IMG/VR virus record: IMGVR_UViG_2778261398_000002
Coordinates: 1,338-65,337 of that record
Length of the DNA: 64,000 nucleotides
Source of the DNA: a virus
Lineage: Duplodnaviria > Caudoviricetes
Reading direction: 5' to 3' (one strand)
Shown one piece after another: positions 30,776-41,625 of this stretch (positions are counted from its first letter, which is position 1; each line of letters begins with the position of its first letter). Under the pieces are notes generated by a model. The model was not told where the DNA came from, did no database searches, and saw only the letters and a list, made by a program, of their open reading frames with translations. Made by a program: the position numbers and the translations under genes.

Positions 30776-31684
30776 ATGTTCATTTATCCATACACTACCA
30801 CCCCCTGTGAGGGTTATGCCCCTGCCGTTGCGAACATTGTTCGCGCCATTAAAGAGGCGCTGGTGCACGGTACTTTGCATCAAGCACAGTTGCTCAAAGG
30901 AACCCCAAAGAGTAACGTCCTCACAGTGTGCGGCGACTCCCGAGACATTCCACCCTTCGCACATCCAATTGAAGTGGAGTGGAACTCCGTTAAGTACGTT
31001 GTCGCTGACATGCGAGGTTTCACTCGCATCAATCAGAACAAAGAGGTTATTGTTTCAGCACGCAACGAATACGACACCGCTTACCTGCGGGCCATGCTGA
31101 CCAGTCATTGGGCGGAGAGCTCTCCGCAAGATCTGGCTTCGCTGGGTAGTCTGCCACTAGCCGTTTACATGCGCTGGTTGACAGAGGCGATTGTACGTAG
31201 GATAGGACTCGATCCACAGGAACAAATGACCATCATGGTCATCACCGGGTACTTCTACCTGTCGCTGTTCCGTGAAGATCCTGCCCTCAGTGACAAGGAC
31301 CTGCAAAACTTTGCCAAGCAGATCTCCAACAACAGTTTCATCCCTGTTAACAAGGCGATGGAGATTGCTGATCAGCTGGCACCCATGTACTCCGTAAAGG
31401 ATTACGTTGCCAACCTCAAGAAAGTGGTGAACAGCAGCCGCCTGGAGAAGTTCTCTGAAGGCTTCTTGTACTCCATTCTCCTTGGCAGCTGGTTCGGCGC
31501 CAACGCTCGTGAGATGATTGCTGTTGCCGTAGAGCACCCACCGACCTTCATTGCCATGGTCTATGCTGCTCTGCGTGATCGTTCCTACAACAACACACAT
31601 CTCGGCAAGCTGGTTGTCCAGCTCGACAAGCGAGACCTTGGTAAAACGTTCACATACAATCTGTCCAGTCTCAACGATCTATGA
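30776..31684 (+). CDS. virion structural protein (phiKZ gp28-like)
   Basis: 302 aa, divergent from the sheath in the conserved gp25-gp30 block. Confidence 0.7.
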   Translation: MFIYPYTTTPCEGYAPAVANIVRAIKEALVHGTLHQAQLLKGTPKSNVLTVCGDSRDIPPFAHPIEVEWNSVKYVVADMRGFTRINQNKEVIVSARNEYDTAYLRAMLTSHWAESSPQDLASLGSLPLAVYMRWLTEAIVRRIGLDPQEQMTIMVITGYFYLSLFREDPALSDKDLQNFAKQISNNSFIPVNKAMEIADQLAPMYSVKDYVANLKKVVNSSRLEKFSEGFLYSILLGSWFGANAREMIAVAVEHPPTFIAMVYAALRDRSYNNTHLGKLVVQLDKRDLGKTFTYNLSSLNDL

Positions 31685-31694
31685 GGTGATTGGA

Positions 31695-34250
31695 ATGTTC
31701 GACTTCCTCGTTGACCACGCTCGTAAAAACGTGTGGTGTACGCCGGACCAAGATATGCAGGTTATCCTACAACCGGCACGCATTACCCCAATGAACGGTA
31801 GTCGCAACAGGGTAACTGTTGGGTGGGATAGCTACCCCCTTCCCACTCAACAGGAACGTTATTTTGTTTATCAGATCGGCCAATTCCCTCCGGAGCTCAT
31901 GGGTCTTTTGCCCACTAAGGGAATCTGGACAACCTTCGCCGATGTCTGTACTCAAGAAAACCTGATTGCCGACCTTTATGTCAATAGCGGCATTCAGGTG
32001 CCGCGTGTTCTGTCATGGCTGCTGGTCACCAATGACAAGAACGTTGTCATCGCCGTAAAGAACCCGATTGACCTGGGGATCGATTTAAACGCCAACTCGT
32101 TATTTGTTCGTCTTTACTCCAACGCCTATTTTGGATCGGTGCGTCGCGGCGATCAAGAAACAGGCATTGTGGTTCAAGGCGGTTTGATTGAGACCACCTC
32201 CCAGTTGCTCGATCTGCAACACCAGTACGACCTCCGGAAAGCAATGCCGGGTAAGACAATGGCTTATGTCAATGGCGTTGTTCGCCACGCCATTAGTCCG
32301 TTCACTGTTTCCATCGGCGACGTGGCCGAGTTCGTTTATGACAGCACGGTTCGTCGTTCTTTTGAAATGACGTTGTCGAGCCTCGGTACTTTCGATAGCC
32401 TGTTGGACGGCAAGCGCAAGTACCTGATCCATCCGTCGAATGGCGACATGAACACCATTAGCTATCGGGACGACATCGACATCTATCTCATCCGGAAGGA
32501 CGGCACGTCCTACAGCGGTGTCTATTACCATCGCAATAGCGACGACGCTGTTCGCATGGTCACGCACCGTGATTACTCGATCGCCGTCCCATATGTCCAG
32601 GGTTACATCACGGACAACGCTTTCCTGGGCACCACGTCCAATGTCCGGGTTCTAGTCAACGTTCGGAACAGCGGCTATGAACGACCCCTTGTGAACGTAC
32701 ATAACCGGATCAAGGAACTGTACAAGTTGCCCGATGCCAAGATCAAGCAGGCATTCCTCGGGATTAACTCGACTGTAGCCAACTGGCGGGCTGATGTTCT
32801 CGAACAGGCAGCCTATCCTGAAATCATGCGCTCTCCCCACGGGAACGTACCAGCTGTTACGGTTCAACGCGCTTACGGGTACAACGCCATCGCTAAGCTG
32901 GTTGCGGACACGCCTGTCGATGTGTTTAGCATGGGTGGCACGCCTGCCGTTGCGCTTCCGTATGGTCTCTGGGTAGCGTCCACCATGTACGAGTACGATG
33001 CCAATGGTCATCTGTTGGGTTTCTACCAGCATCCACAGGGCGAGCACTATTTCCCTTTGAATGACGGATGCGTTCGAGTCGAAGGCATTGTTGGCACTGG
33101 TTCCCACGCTCTGGATGTCGACTTTGGATCACCGACCACCCAGGTCGACCCACAGTACAGCTACCGCTTCTACCGCTGCCCTATCGTTCAGTCTGGCGCT
33201 AACGAGGAATGGGTGGATGTCACGGGTACTTCAGACTACACGATGGTCGACGGAGTTGTTTATTGGTACGTCAACACCGTGGACTTCTACACCCAGGTGT
33301 TGTCTGACAAAAACTTCCTGGCCTATGAGTTCACCATGTCGCCCAGTAGCGGTTTGTTGTCATTCGACATCACAGCCAGGGAGACCCACTTCGGTATCGA
33401 GCAGACCAAGCCTTTGAAACTACCGCCTGGTAAACTGGAGCTGTGGTTAAATGGTCGGAGTCTGATCGAAAATCTGGACTATTATCTCGAATGGCCCCGG
33501 GTGGTAATTGTCAACAAGGCGTTCTTGGTGGAAGAGGGAGAGCAGCGCATTACTGTGCGCGGCACGGGTTTCTGCAACACCGACCTTACGCAACCAGCAG
33601 CAACCGAGTTCGGTTTCGTTGAACACGGTCTTCTGAGTCGCGATGGCCAGTACGATCTGCGTGATGACCGCGTTGTTCGTTTTGTGGTCGAGGGAGCTCT
33701 CCACAGTCGTGACGAACTGGCCTTCTCTGAGGAGCACAGCGGCGCGATCGTCTCCAACGTACGTAATGGTGCCCCTTATCTGGTTGACGACCTTGTCGTT
33801 GCTCTTAGGGGTCTTCCTGAGGGCGATACGTACACTCTGCGGGATGAATCTAAGTTGGTTGACGCTGCGGTGTCTAACTACATGACGGTTCTACTCCCGG
33901 AACCCACCATCGACCAGCCAAATGCCATCCCTGATGTGTACGATGTGGTCAGTCCTTTCTGCTCCAAGATGATCAATGATCTCGTCAACGGTGTTTTCGA
34001 ACCAATGGGTATCGAAGGTCACTATAGCGAGGCCATGATTCGGACATGGGTCAGCGAGTACGAGTGGTTGCTGGAGTACGACCCTTGTATTCGGGGACTC
34101 GATGAACGCTACGTTGAGGTCCATCCCCACGACCAATATTACGAATTGGAGCTGACCATTTACCAGTATAAATTCATGGAGCGGGTTATCGCCATGTACC
34201 TGGGAAACAAGGTCGACTTGTCACGCTTTGTTAGAATGAGGATTAGTTGA
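31695..34250 (+). CDS. virion structural protein (phiKZ gp27-like)
   Basis: 851 aa from MFDFLVDHARKNVWCTPDQD; GAGGTG RBS; synteny. Confidence 0.75.
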   Translation: MFDFLVDHARKNVWCTPDQDMQVILQPARITPMNGSRNRVTVGWDSYPLPTQQERYFVYQIGQFPPELMGLLPTKGIWTTFADVCTQENLIADLYVNSGIQVPRVLSWLLVTNDKNVVIAVKNPIDLGIDLNANSLFVRLYSNAYFGSVRRGDQETGIVVQGGLIETTSQLLDLQHQYDLRKAMPGKTMAYVNGVVRHAISPFTVSIGDVAEFVYDSTVRRSFEMTLSSLGTFDSLLDGKRKYLIHPSNGDMNTISYRDDIDIYLIRKDGTSYSGVYYHRNSDDAVRMVTHRDYSIAVPYVQGYITDNAFLGTTSNVRVLVNVRNSGYERPLVNVHNRIKELYKLPDAKIKQAFLGINSTVANWRADVLEQAAYPEIMRSPHGNVPAVTVQRAYGYNAIAKLVADTPVDVFSMGGTPAVALPYGLWVASTMYEYDANGHLLGFYQHPQGEHYFPLNDGCVRVEGIVGTGSHALDVDFGSPTTQVDPQYSYRFYRCPIVQSGANEEWVDVTGTSDYTMVDGVVYWYVNTVDFYTQVLSDKNFLAYEFTMSPSSGLLSFDITARETHFGIEQTKPLKLPPGKLELWLNGRSLIENLDYYLEWPRVVIVNKAFLVEEGEQRITVRGTGFCNTDLTQPAATEFGFVEHGLLSRDGQYDLRDDRVVRFVVEGALHSRDELAFSEEHSGAIVSNVRNGAPYLVDDLVVALRGLPEGDTYTLRDESKLVDAAVSNYMTVLLPEPTIDQPNAIPDVYDVVSPFCSKMINDLVNGVFEPMGIEGHYSEAMIRTWVSEYEWLLEYDPCIRGLDERYVEVHPHDQYYELELTIYQYKFMERVIAMYLGNKVDLSRFVRMRIS

Positions 34251-34252
34251 AG

Positions 34253-35917
34253 ATGACCATTTCTCCCAATGTCGTAGTGCAGATCTATGATCCTTCTCGC
34301 GGGTACCGGGAATGGCTTGCGTCTCAGATATACACTGGTCCGGACGGAACGGGCGTGTATGTGCCCAATGTCGACGATAAGGTCTGGGACTGGGAACAAG
34401 GAACGTTCCGCGTAACTGCGGTCGATCCGAGCACGTACCTCTCCACGCTGAGCAAGTGGGTACCGCCGTCCACCCAGGGCGCCGTTAACACCAACGACAT
34501 CCTGTTGGGTAGCGGTCCTGGTACGATTTCCGAGTCGTACCGGTTGTACATCGACACCAGCGTGCAACCACACACGCTGTGTATCGACAGTCGCCTCCGG
34601 GCCTATGGTCAGGATTTGTCGTACGCCAAGGTATTCCGTGGATACGACGCCGGTGTCAATGGCGAGGTAATCTCGAGCTACTACGACCAAGGCAACACTC
34701 TGCTTGGGGAAAACATCCCGCTGGAGACAGTGGTGATGCCCGATAGTCAGAATGTCGCCGTTAAAACCATGATGACCGGTTATACAACCGCGCAGCTCAT
34801 GGACAACGAGCCGTGCGTTGTGGTCTTTTACAGCGACAGTGGTCAAGCTCGGTCGATCAACGTTCTGTTGGCCAAGAACACCGCGTTCATCCGAACCACC
34901 GATGCATCGCTGAAGTACATCACAGGCATTCACCTTGAGTCGCCATCGTTGTCTGAAGCGGACGATCGCCTGATCGAGTATCCGGAGAACACCACTCTGG
35001 AATCGCTCACTCTGTTCGGCGTGGTCACCTACAGTAACGGCGAGACCAAGAAGATGCCGATCGATGGGAACAAGTTCTCGTTGTTCGGTCGCGATGCGTT
35101 CGTGGCATCACACCAAGGTCAGCGAATCCCTCTGGGGTTGAACTACAAGCTGTCGTCTAACGAGGTGAACTACATCGCCAACAGTGGTCTGTCCAAGACC
35201 ATCAACGAACCTTACTTCGCCACCACCACGGCGGTGAACGGGGCTTACACGATCAAGATCTTCGCCTACCCACTATGGGTGGACGCTATCAATGGGTATC
35301 GCATGGAGTACTTCATGGCGAACCTGGATCGACAACAGATCTACCGTGTGACGCCTTATATCGAGTACGGTAGTGATTCGCCTGTCTTCAACCCCACACT
35401 GTACGGGGTGTCTCAGAACCTCACGATCGCGTTGGATTTGTCGAATGTTAACGGGACCTTCCCCAAACACCGACATGTTCAAATCATCCAGGTCTCTCTG
35501 CTGGCGCGGGGTGATGAGGCAACCAGCCAACGCTGGACAGTGGCGTTCACACCGGATCAGTCGCCTGTGTACGGTCAAAACGCCGAGGCCAAGGTGTCGT
35601 TCTCCAATGTGAACTTCTGGAACATGACGATCGATGCTGGCGCCAACAGCAAAGAAGAATGGCTGCGTAAGCTGTTCTACAGCACACAACCGCTGTACAA
35701 CACTGGTATTGAAGCAGAGGCACCCGAGCCGAACTTCTTCCGTCTGGTGGTGGGCACTTGGTCGGTCGAACAGGCTATCAGTCAGTGGTCTGCTGAGTTC
35801 GTCGTTCCAAGTGGCCTGTTGAACGAAGGCAGTTTGGTCTACCTCGAGTTCTTCCGTCGCACCCAATCCACTGATCTCCAGTTGGGTATCAGTGGTCTCC
35901 GCTACACTCAAGTCTAA
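34253..35917 (+). CDS. virion structural protein (phiKZ gp26-like, probable baseplate)
   Basis: 554 aa; GAGGA RBS; synteny before the terminase. Confidence 0.7.
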   Translation: MTISPNVVVQIYDPSRGYREWLASQIYTGPDGTGVYVPNVDDKVWDWEQGTFRVTAVDPSTYLSTLSKWVPPSTQGAVNTNDILLGSGPGTISESYRLYIDTSVQPHTLCIDSRLRAYGQDLSYAKVFRGYDAGVNGEVISSYYDQGNTLLGENIPLETVVMPDSQNVAVKTMMTGYTTAQLMDNEPCVVVFYSDSGQARSINVLLAKNTAFIRTTDASLKYITGIHLESPSLSEADDRLIEYPENTTLESLTLFGVVTYSNGETKKMPIDGNKFSLFGRDAFVASHQGQRIPLGLNYKLSSNEVNYIANSGLSKTINEPYFATTTAVNGAYTIKIFAYPLWVDAINGYRMEYFMANLDRQQIYRVTPYIEYGSDSPVFNPTLYGVSQNLTIALDLSNVNGTFPKHRHVQIIQVSLLARGDEATSQRWTVAFTPDQSPVYGQNAEAKVSFSNVNFWNMTIDAGANSKEEWLRKLFYSTQPLYNTGIEAEAPEPNFFRLVVGTWSVEQAISQWSAEFVVPSGLLNEGSLVYLEFFRRTQSTDLQLGISGLRYTQV

Positions 35918-35929
35918 GGAAGTGCAGTT

Positions 35930-35966
35930 TCCCACCAGAGCCCTTAACAGGGGTTCTCGGTGGGGT
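35930..35966. promoter_or_regulatory. GC-rich hairpin upstream of the terminase
   Basis: CCCACC-AGAG-CCCT-TAAC-AGGGG-TTCT-C-GGTGGG, followed by TATG; no U-tail, role unclear. Confidence 0.45.
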
Positions 35967-35986
35967 ACTATGCTCGCGTGAACACT

Positions 35987-38167
35987 ATGCTTCTATTCAA
36001 GTCTGATTGGCGCAGTTACCCTAGCGCTATTGTGGATACACAGACCACCAACGAGACCTTCATCCGGATCGTTGACGTGTATCGTCAGATGGGTATTGCT
36101 AATCGCTTCTGGCCTCTAGCGTTGATTCAACCGGAGCTACAGGGAGTCGATCCACATGGTCCTGATCTGACCCTTGACCAAAAGATCAAGATCGCCTACG
36201 AGTGCAGGTACAACATCTGGTACTTCCTGCGCGAAGTAGTCCGAATCCCACCCGTTGCAGGTCCGGTGCCAAGGAAATACGAGTGTAACCGAGGCAACCT
36301 TGCGATGGTCTGGTCATTCCTGAACAACGTCGACTTTGCCTTGATCCAACCACGTCAGACGGGCAAGTCAGTAGCTGCTGACTGTTTGATGGTTTGGATT
36401 TTGTACATTGCTGCCTCCAACACGCGAATCAACATGGTCACTAAGGATGACTCTCTGCGACGCGCGAACGTTGAACGTCTCAAGAAGATCCGTAACCTGT
36501 TGCCGAAGTTCCTGCTGTCCACCACCAAAGCAGACAGTGATAACCAGTACGAACTGACCTGTAAAGCACTGGTTAACGTATACGGTACCAACGTAGCCCA
36601 GTCTTCTGAAGCAGCGGCCAACAACCTGGGTCGTGGACTGACTGCACCGGTATCACAGTTTGACGAAGGTCCGTTTATCTCGTTCATTGGCACCACTCTG
36701 CCTGCTGAACTGGCTGCTGCAACAGCTGCCCGTGAAGAAGCCGAACAATACGGTCGTCCGTACGGTAACCTGTTCACTACAACTGCCGGTAAGAAAGATG
36801 ACCGCGACGGCGGTTACATGTACAAGTTCATCACCGACGGCAGTACGTGGAACGAGATCTACTACGATGCGGCTAACAAGGTTGAGCTGTACACGATTCT
36901 GAAGAACAACCGCAAGGGCAAGAAGAACATCATCAATGGCACGTTCTCCCACCGTCAACTTGGCAAGACCGACGAATGGTTGTACAACGCTATTGTTGAT
37001 GCCAACTCCATGGGCGATGCAGCTAACCGCGACTTCTTCAACGTGTGGACCAGCGGTACTCAATCTTCTCCGCTGACACCGGAGTTGAACGCCAAGGTGC
37101 GTGATTCTGGTAAAGACCCTGTGTACAACACACTCTCCAAAGACATGTACCTCGTACGCTGGTACGTTCCGGAGGAGGAGCTGCGTCAGTTGGTCAAGGA
37201 AGGTTGTCCGTTCATCATGGGTCTTGATACGTCGGAAGCAGTGGGTCGAGACGCCATCTCGATGAATATTATCAACGCGCGGACTGCCGAGGTAATTGGG
37301 ACTGGTGACTACAACGAGACGAACCTGATTCGTTTTGCTAACTTCCTGGGAGACACACTGGTGGAGTATCCGAACATCACCATGATTCCCGAGAAGAAAT
37401 CGACCGGTCAGATGATCGTTGACTCGCTGCTGATCACCCTGCCGCGTAAGAACATCGATCCGTTCCAACGTATCTTCAATCGCATTGTGCAGAACCCCGA
37501 CGAGCGTCCTGACGATTACCGGGAAATCAAGAAGCCGATGCACACCCGTAGTCCGGAAATCTACGATCGCCTCAAGCGCTTCTTTGGTTTCAACACCACC
37601 AGTGATTCACGTACGGTTCTGTTCACTACTGTGTTACAGGAAATGGCCAAGCGTGCTGGCGATGTTGTCAACGATGCAAACCTGATCACAGAGATCCTAG
37701 GGTTGGTGGTTAAGAACGAGCGAATTGACCACACGGCATCTGGCCACGACGACGCTGTCATTGCATGGCTGTTGGGTGGTTGGTTGATGATGTTCGGTAA
37801 GAACCTCAGTCACTACGGTATTCCCACTGGCACTGTCATGTCCGACGTTAAGAGACAGGGCGTGGTGGCCGACCCGGTTAAACAGAACGAGGACAAGTAC
37901 CAGGCCGAGTTGCTCGAGAAGATCGAAGGCATCGTAGAACAACTCAAGCGCCGTGATCTGAGCGAGTTCGCCATTGTCAAAATGGAACACAGTCTACGGG
38001 CCGCTGTTGCAAAGCTAACCGACGACCAAAACGACGTTGTCAATATCGACTCGTTGATCGAATCGACTCGGGAGGATCGTCGCGTGGCGTCTACGCCAGC
38101 GAGACGGGGGCTGGGGACTATTCATCGCGGGTTTGGTGCGGGAGACGGTTACCGAACGATAATGTAA
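35987..38167 (+). CDS. terL: terminase large subunit (phiKZ gp25-like)
   Basis: Walker A PRQTGKS, Walker B QFDEG, RNase H-like MGLDTS and GHDDAV. Confidence 0.92.
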   Translation: MLLFKSDWRSYPSAIVDTQTTNETFIRIVDVYRQMGIANRFWPLALIQPELQGVDPHGPDLTLDQKIKIAYECRYNIWYFLREVVRIPPVAGPVPRKYECNRGNLAMVWSFLNNVDFALIQPRQTGKSVAADCLMVWILYIAASNTRINMVTKDDSLRRANVERLKKIRNLLPKFLLSTTKADSDNQYELTCKALVNVYGTNVAQSSEAAANNLGRGLTAPVSQFDEGPFISFIGTTLPAELAAATAAREEAEQYGRPYGNLFTTTAGKKDDRDGGYMYKFITDGSTWNEIYYDAANKVELYTILKNNRKGKKNIINGTFSHRQLGKTDEWLYNAIVDANSMGDAANRDFFNVWTSGTQSSPLTPELNAKVRDSGKDPVYNTLSKDMYLVRWYVPEEELRQLVKEGCPFIMGLDTSEAVGRDAISMNIINARTAEVIGTGDYNETNLIRFANFLGDTLVEYPNITMIPEKKSTGQMIVDSLLITLPRKNIDPFQRIFNRIVQNPDERPDDYREIKKPMHTRSPEIYDRLKRFFGFNTTSDSRTVLFTTVLQEMAKRAGDVVNDANLITEILGLVVKNERIDHTASGHDDAVIAWLLGGWLMMFGKNLSHYGIPTGTVMSDVKRQGVVADPVKQNEDKYQAELLEKIEGIVEQLKRRDLSEFAIVKMEHSLRAAVAKLTDDQNDVVNIDSLIESTREDRRVASTPARRGLGTIHRGFGAGDGYRTIM

Positions 38168-38180
38168 AAAAAAGGGCATA

Positions 38181-38208
38181 AAAGGAGCAGGCGTCGACCT
38201 GCTCCTTT
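38181..38208. terminator. bidirectional terminator
   Basis: AAAGGAGCAGG-CGTCGA-CCTGCTCCTTT between convergent genes. Confidence 0.85.
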
Positions 38209-38215
38209 CTGCGGT

Positions 38216-38686
38216 TCAGCTGTACAGGTTGACGACGTTGCCCGGTCCGACCGAATCAACCCAAGTCGGGTTGAGTGCGTGTTGCTTGTAATATTCCACC
38301 GGGTTCCCTGCGTCAGCGTTCTCATCGCCGAAACGGTAGTACATGAACGTCGTGGCAAATTGTAGAGCGCAGGCCACAGCGTCATCCACTGATGGCGCGG
38401 GAATGAAAGGTGTCGTGATGATGATGGGGTCTGGGTCTCCGCGCAGATAGAGATCCATCTCTACATTGAACCCAGGGTGCCAGTGATCCGGGACCCATGG
38501 TCTACTATGGATGACCACCGTGTCCACGGGTGTCAGGTGGATAGCCAGTGCTTCAACACCGGGACCCAGCACAACTGGGTTGTTGATGACACGTTGGAAT
38601 TCAACCCCTGTGAAGTGGAGCTCTCGGCGGTCACCCACGGCCCAGTTACAAAAACGCTTCAATAGAGACCCGTTACTATTGTTCAC
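38216..38686 (-). CDS. hypothetical protein
   Basis: 156 aa, GTG start with GGAAGGTGA RBS. Confidence 0.65.
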   Translation of the reverse strand: MNNSNGSLLKRFCNWAVGDRRELHFTGVEFQRVINNPVVLGPGVEALAIHLTPVDTVVIHSRPWVPDHWHPGFNVEMDLYLRGDPDPIIITTPFIPAPSVDDAVACALQFATTFMYYRFGDENADAGNPVEYYKQHALNPTWVDSVGPGNVVNLYS

Positions 38687-38705
38687 GTCACCTTCCCCTT
38701 TTTTA

Positions 38706-39992
38706 TCACGTATAATGTTTCATAGTGAATGCGCGCAGAACCAGGTAAAGCATCAAACCAGTTCTAACTGACGCAATGATAGAAACGTTTCTACTCTTGA
38801 TTGCTTTCTCAACAATTTCTTCGGATAGCTTTCTCATTTTCAGCAACGAGGCATCGCTGCTCCGGGAGGACATGTACACCGCACGTAGCCGGGTTAACAT
38901 GCCTGCCAGATCATTGGGATTAGCCAATATAGCTCGATTGCTTGATATGTAATCGAAAGCATGCAGAAGAGTTTCATCCACCAGTTCTTCAATATGGGCG
39001 TACCTCGGACTGCGATAATGCTTCGACATAAACATAAGGGTATCTGTTAAAAAACGCTCAGGCATGGTTTTCATGGCCGAGGTAATGATACCGGTCAGTT
39101 CAGACTTGATGAAGTTCGACGAGTCCGACACGGTCTCGTGCAGATACCGCTTGTAGCTGTTGAAATTCCGTGTCTTGTCACGAACGAACGATTCGCCGTC
39201 AATGTTGATCGATGTGGTCGATGTTGTCACGATCTTGGACTTAGACGTCAGGATGGTCTCGAAGACATCGCGCATCGATTTAACGATTTCACGGAGACGA
39301 CCCTGCACGTCGTTCAACATGTAGACAACGCCGCTATCCGAATCCATCTTGGTGTAGGTGGTGTAGTGGATGCTGTTGTGGGCCAGGATGCTCTTAGTGC
39401 GGTTTTCCAGCAATGCCTGCCAGCTACCATGGACCTTCAGGGTAAACTTCTTAGAGAGGGCCGCATAGGTCGCCTGAGCCACACCCTTGTCCGCCGGGTA
39501 TGGGAAGTAGTGATACATCAAGCTGGAGATGAACTTGTACTGAAGAGCGATGACGCAGTCGGTCAAAGCGTCTTCTTTCTCCTTGGGGTTGATCTTCGTC
39601 GACTCGTAGATCCTGTTCAACAGAGCGACGCACGACAAGTTGAACGCGTCACTCGAGATCTTGAATTGCGGGTTGATGCTGTCGAGGCCTTTGATGTACC
39701 CTTTGAACTGGACTTCATCGATATCCAATACGTCGTCGAACCACGCGTCGCGGTCTTCCGGATGGAATCGAATGGGGTGCACACCGAGCAGGTTACCGCC
39801 AAGGAACGCAATGTGGTCCGAGTTCTTATTGGCAAAGCTGACCGTGTAGTTTCGGAGCTTCTTGATGAAGTTCCTATCAACCACCAGATCCTCACTCACT
39901 GCTGCAAAGGCTGCTTTAACTGAATCGGGGCTGCCACCAGAAGCGACCTGCCGCAACCCAGATCCAGCGGCTTCCAATGAAACGTCCACCAT
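38706..39992 (-). CDS. conserved probable virion protein
   Basis: 428 aa from ATG 39992 (GAGGGG RBS); N-terminal VSLE protease-type site; family identity uncertain. Confidence 0.65.
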   Translation of the reverse strand: MVDVSLEAAGSGLRQVASGGSPDSVKAAFAAVSEDLVVDRNFIKKLRNYTVSFANKNSDHIAFLGGNLLGVHPIRFHPEDRDAWFDDVLDIDEVQFKGYIKGLDSINPQFKISSDAFNLSCVALLNRIYESTKINPKEKEDALTDCVIALQYKFISSLMYHYFPYPADKGVAQATYAALSKKFTLKVHGSWQALLENRTKSILAHNSIHYTTYTKMDSDSGVVYMLNDVQGRLREIVKSMRDVFETILTSKSKIVTTSTTSINIDGESFVRDKTRNFNSYKRYLHETVSDSSNFIKSELTGIITSAMKTMPERFLTDTLMFMSKHYRSPRYAHIEELVDETLLHAFDYISSNRAILANPNDLAGMLTRLRAVYMSSRSSDASLLKMRKLSEEIVEKAIKSRNVSIIASVRTGLMLYLVLRAFTMKHYT

Positions 39993-40101
39993 AAACCACC
40001 CCTCGTTATCTGTGTTTATCAACTACACAATAGGGTTACTACGTCTGTAATTATAAACACGACCGTAATCTATTATGGTCGCCGTATTAGATTCCATTAT
40101 A

Positions 40102-40118
40102 TTTCAAACCTATATCAC
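40102..40118 (+). promoter_or_regulatory. putative early promoter
   Basis: TTTCAAACCTATATCAC. Confidence 0.7.
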
Positions 40119-40160
40119 AGTGGTGAATAGCAAGCACTACACCTAACACAAGGAAGACAA

Positions 40161-40403
40161 ATGGGTACTGCCAAAGAAATGAAGAAGTCGTTACGGACCC
40201 GGACTAAAGAGTCTTTGATTAAACATCTCTACTTGGTCAGGGACCTGGAAGAGAAACACGGCTCAGATACCTGCGCCGAGTTGGTAGGGAAACTGAGCAT
40301 TTGTACTCGATTGTTCTACGAACACAAAATAGTGGAGAGTCATCAACAACTTGAACGTTTTTACGACGATCTTGACACGTTCCACAAACATCACCCCGAC
40401 TAA
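40161..40403 (+). CDS. hypothetical protein
   Basis: 80 aa, AAGGA RBS, behind the promoter motif. Confidence 0.65.
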   Translation: MGTAKEMKKSLRTRTKESLIKHLYLVRDLEEKHGSDTCAELVGKLSICTRLFYEHKIVESHQQLERFYDDLDTFHKHHPD

Positions 40404-40428
40404 TCACGATACCATTAGGAACCCTTAT

Positions 40429-41346
40429 ATGACTACTTCGAACATTGTATCAGGTAGAAGCGATTTAACCCTGTACCATCTAAGCTTTAGAAGTGATTTA
40501 GCCGGTATATGGGAACCCCGTCATCCTGCCGGTAGCGAGGACGATGGGTCTACAAGTGGCGCTTATCCAGAATTCAATGGAAAGCGCATATCGACCTCCG
40601 ATTCAATCGGAGGTGCTTTTATCGGCATATATCCAAATATCTCCAGGTTATTTGAGGATAAGAAATACCCCCACATGGATTTCTATGTCTATCGGCCGAT
40701 CTTTAAGGGCACCGAACGTGTCTTGACTCCTACCGACCTAACCGAGAACAAGCTTGTGTGGGATGCGCATGTAACTGGTGAGCACGTTATATTGGACGCA
40801 TGTCGGATGGAGCTGGCGGGTAAGTTACGTGTGTTCAACACTAACAAAGTCCCCGTCCGATACACTCACCCGTTTAACGATCCTAAATTGCCCCAGAAGT
40901 CAGTGGGTCCCGAGACGGTGAAATGGAAATGGACTCAACATGTGCGACGAATCAGTAAGGAAGACCATGGTTCATTGGAACCGGTCATTTATCAGGAAGA
41001 GAATTCTACATTTACCCACAACGGGGTTGTGTATGATCTAAATGACCTCTTCATAAAAACCGCACAGACTGGCGTGTCGCCCATAGACGTTAAGCACCTG
41101 TTATGGAATATCCGGGATGTCCGGTCCGACCCAAAACGAGTAGCCTCTGTCGACTTGACCTATCCAATCCTGGTTGTGATGGACTCTCGATTTAATAGAC
41201 CCTATGGATACGTGGTGGTGGACGGGCAACATCGTTTACAGAAAGCCGTTAACGAAAAGCTCCCTTACATCGATGCGATTATCGTACCCTTGTCCGAGCT
41301 AACGCCGGTGAATAAAAAAGACTCCCGTATCCATACAAACCTATGA
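40429..41346 (+). CDS. two-domain protein: ADP-ribosyltransferase-like N-domain plus ParB/Srx-like C-domain
   Basis: LYHLS...RISTSDSIGGA...DAHVTGEH in the N-half; PILVV...VVVDGQHRLQKA in the C-half. Confidence 0.55.
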   Translation: MTTSNIVSGRSDLTLYHLSFRSDLAGIWEPRHPAGSEDDGSTSGAYPEFNGKRISTSDSIGGAFIGIYPNISRLFEDKKYPHMDFYVYRPIFKGTERVLTPTDLTENKLVWDAHVTGEHVILDACRMELAGKLRVFNTNKVPVRYTHPFNDPKLPQKSVGPETVKWKWTQHVRRISKEDHGSLEPVIYQEENSTFTHNGVVYDLNDLFIKTAQTGVSPIDVKHLLWNIRDVRSDPKRVASVDLTYPILVVMDSRFNRPYGYVVVDGQHRLQKAVNEKLPYIDAIIVPLSELTPVNKKDSRIHTNL

Positions 41347-41368
41347 CCCCCGATTGAAGGATGTCTTG

Positions 41369-41599
41369 ATGGACACTTCTAAAGACGACCATATGCTGGG
41401 AGTTGTCACCATGGTTGAACTCCAGGCAGGTATTCGCAAAGGAATCGTTCAGGTACACAACCTGGATACCAGAGAGACCTACAATGCCGTTAGGTTAATG
41501 GATCGGTTTGTTGGTAAGTCGGAAGGTGGCTGTCCTGCTGTCGGTCCATTTCTTCACAATCGAAGAATTCAAGGACACGATCATCGATCAACTTGTTGA
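41369..41599 (+). CDS. hypothetical protein, possibly frameshifted (true end may be 41633)
   Basis: GAAGGA RBS before ATG 41369; an alternative-frame tail is discussed under findings. Confidence 0.45.
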   Translation: MDTSKDDHMLGVVTMVELQAGIRKGIVQVHNLDTRETYNAVRLMDRFVGKSEGGCPAVGPFLHNRRIQGHDHRSTC

Positions 41600-41625
41600 C
41601 CTCGCCGAGAAAAAGGACTATGAAG

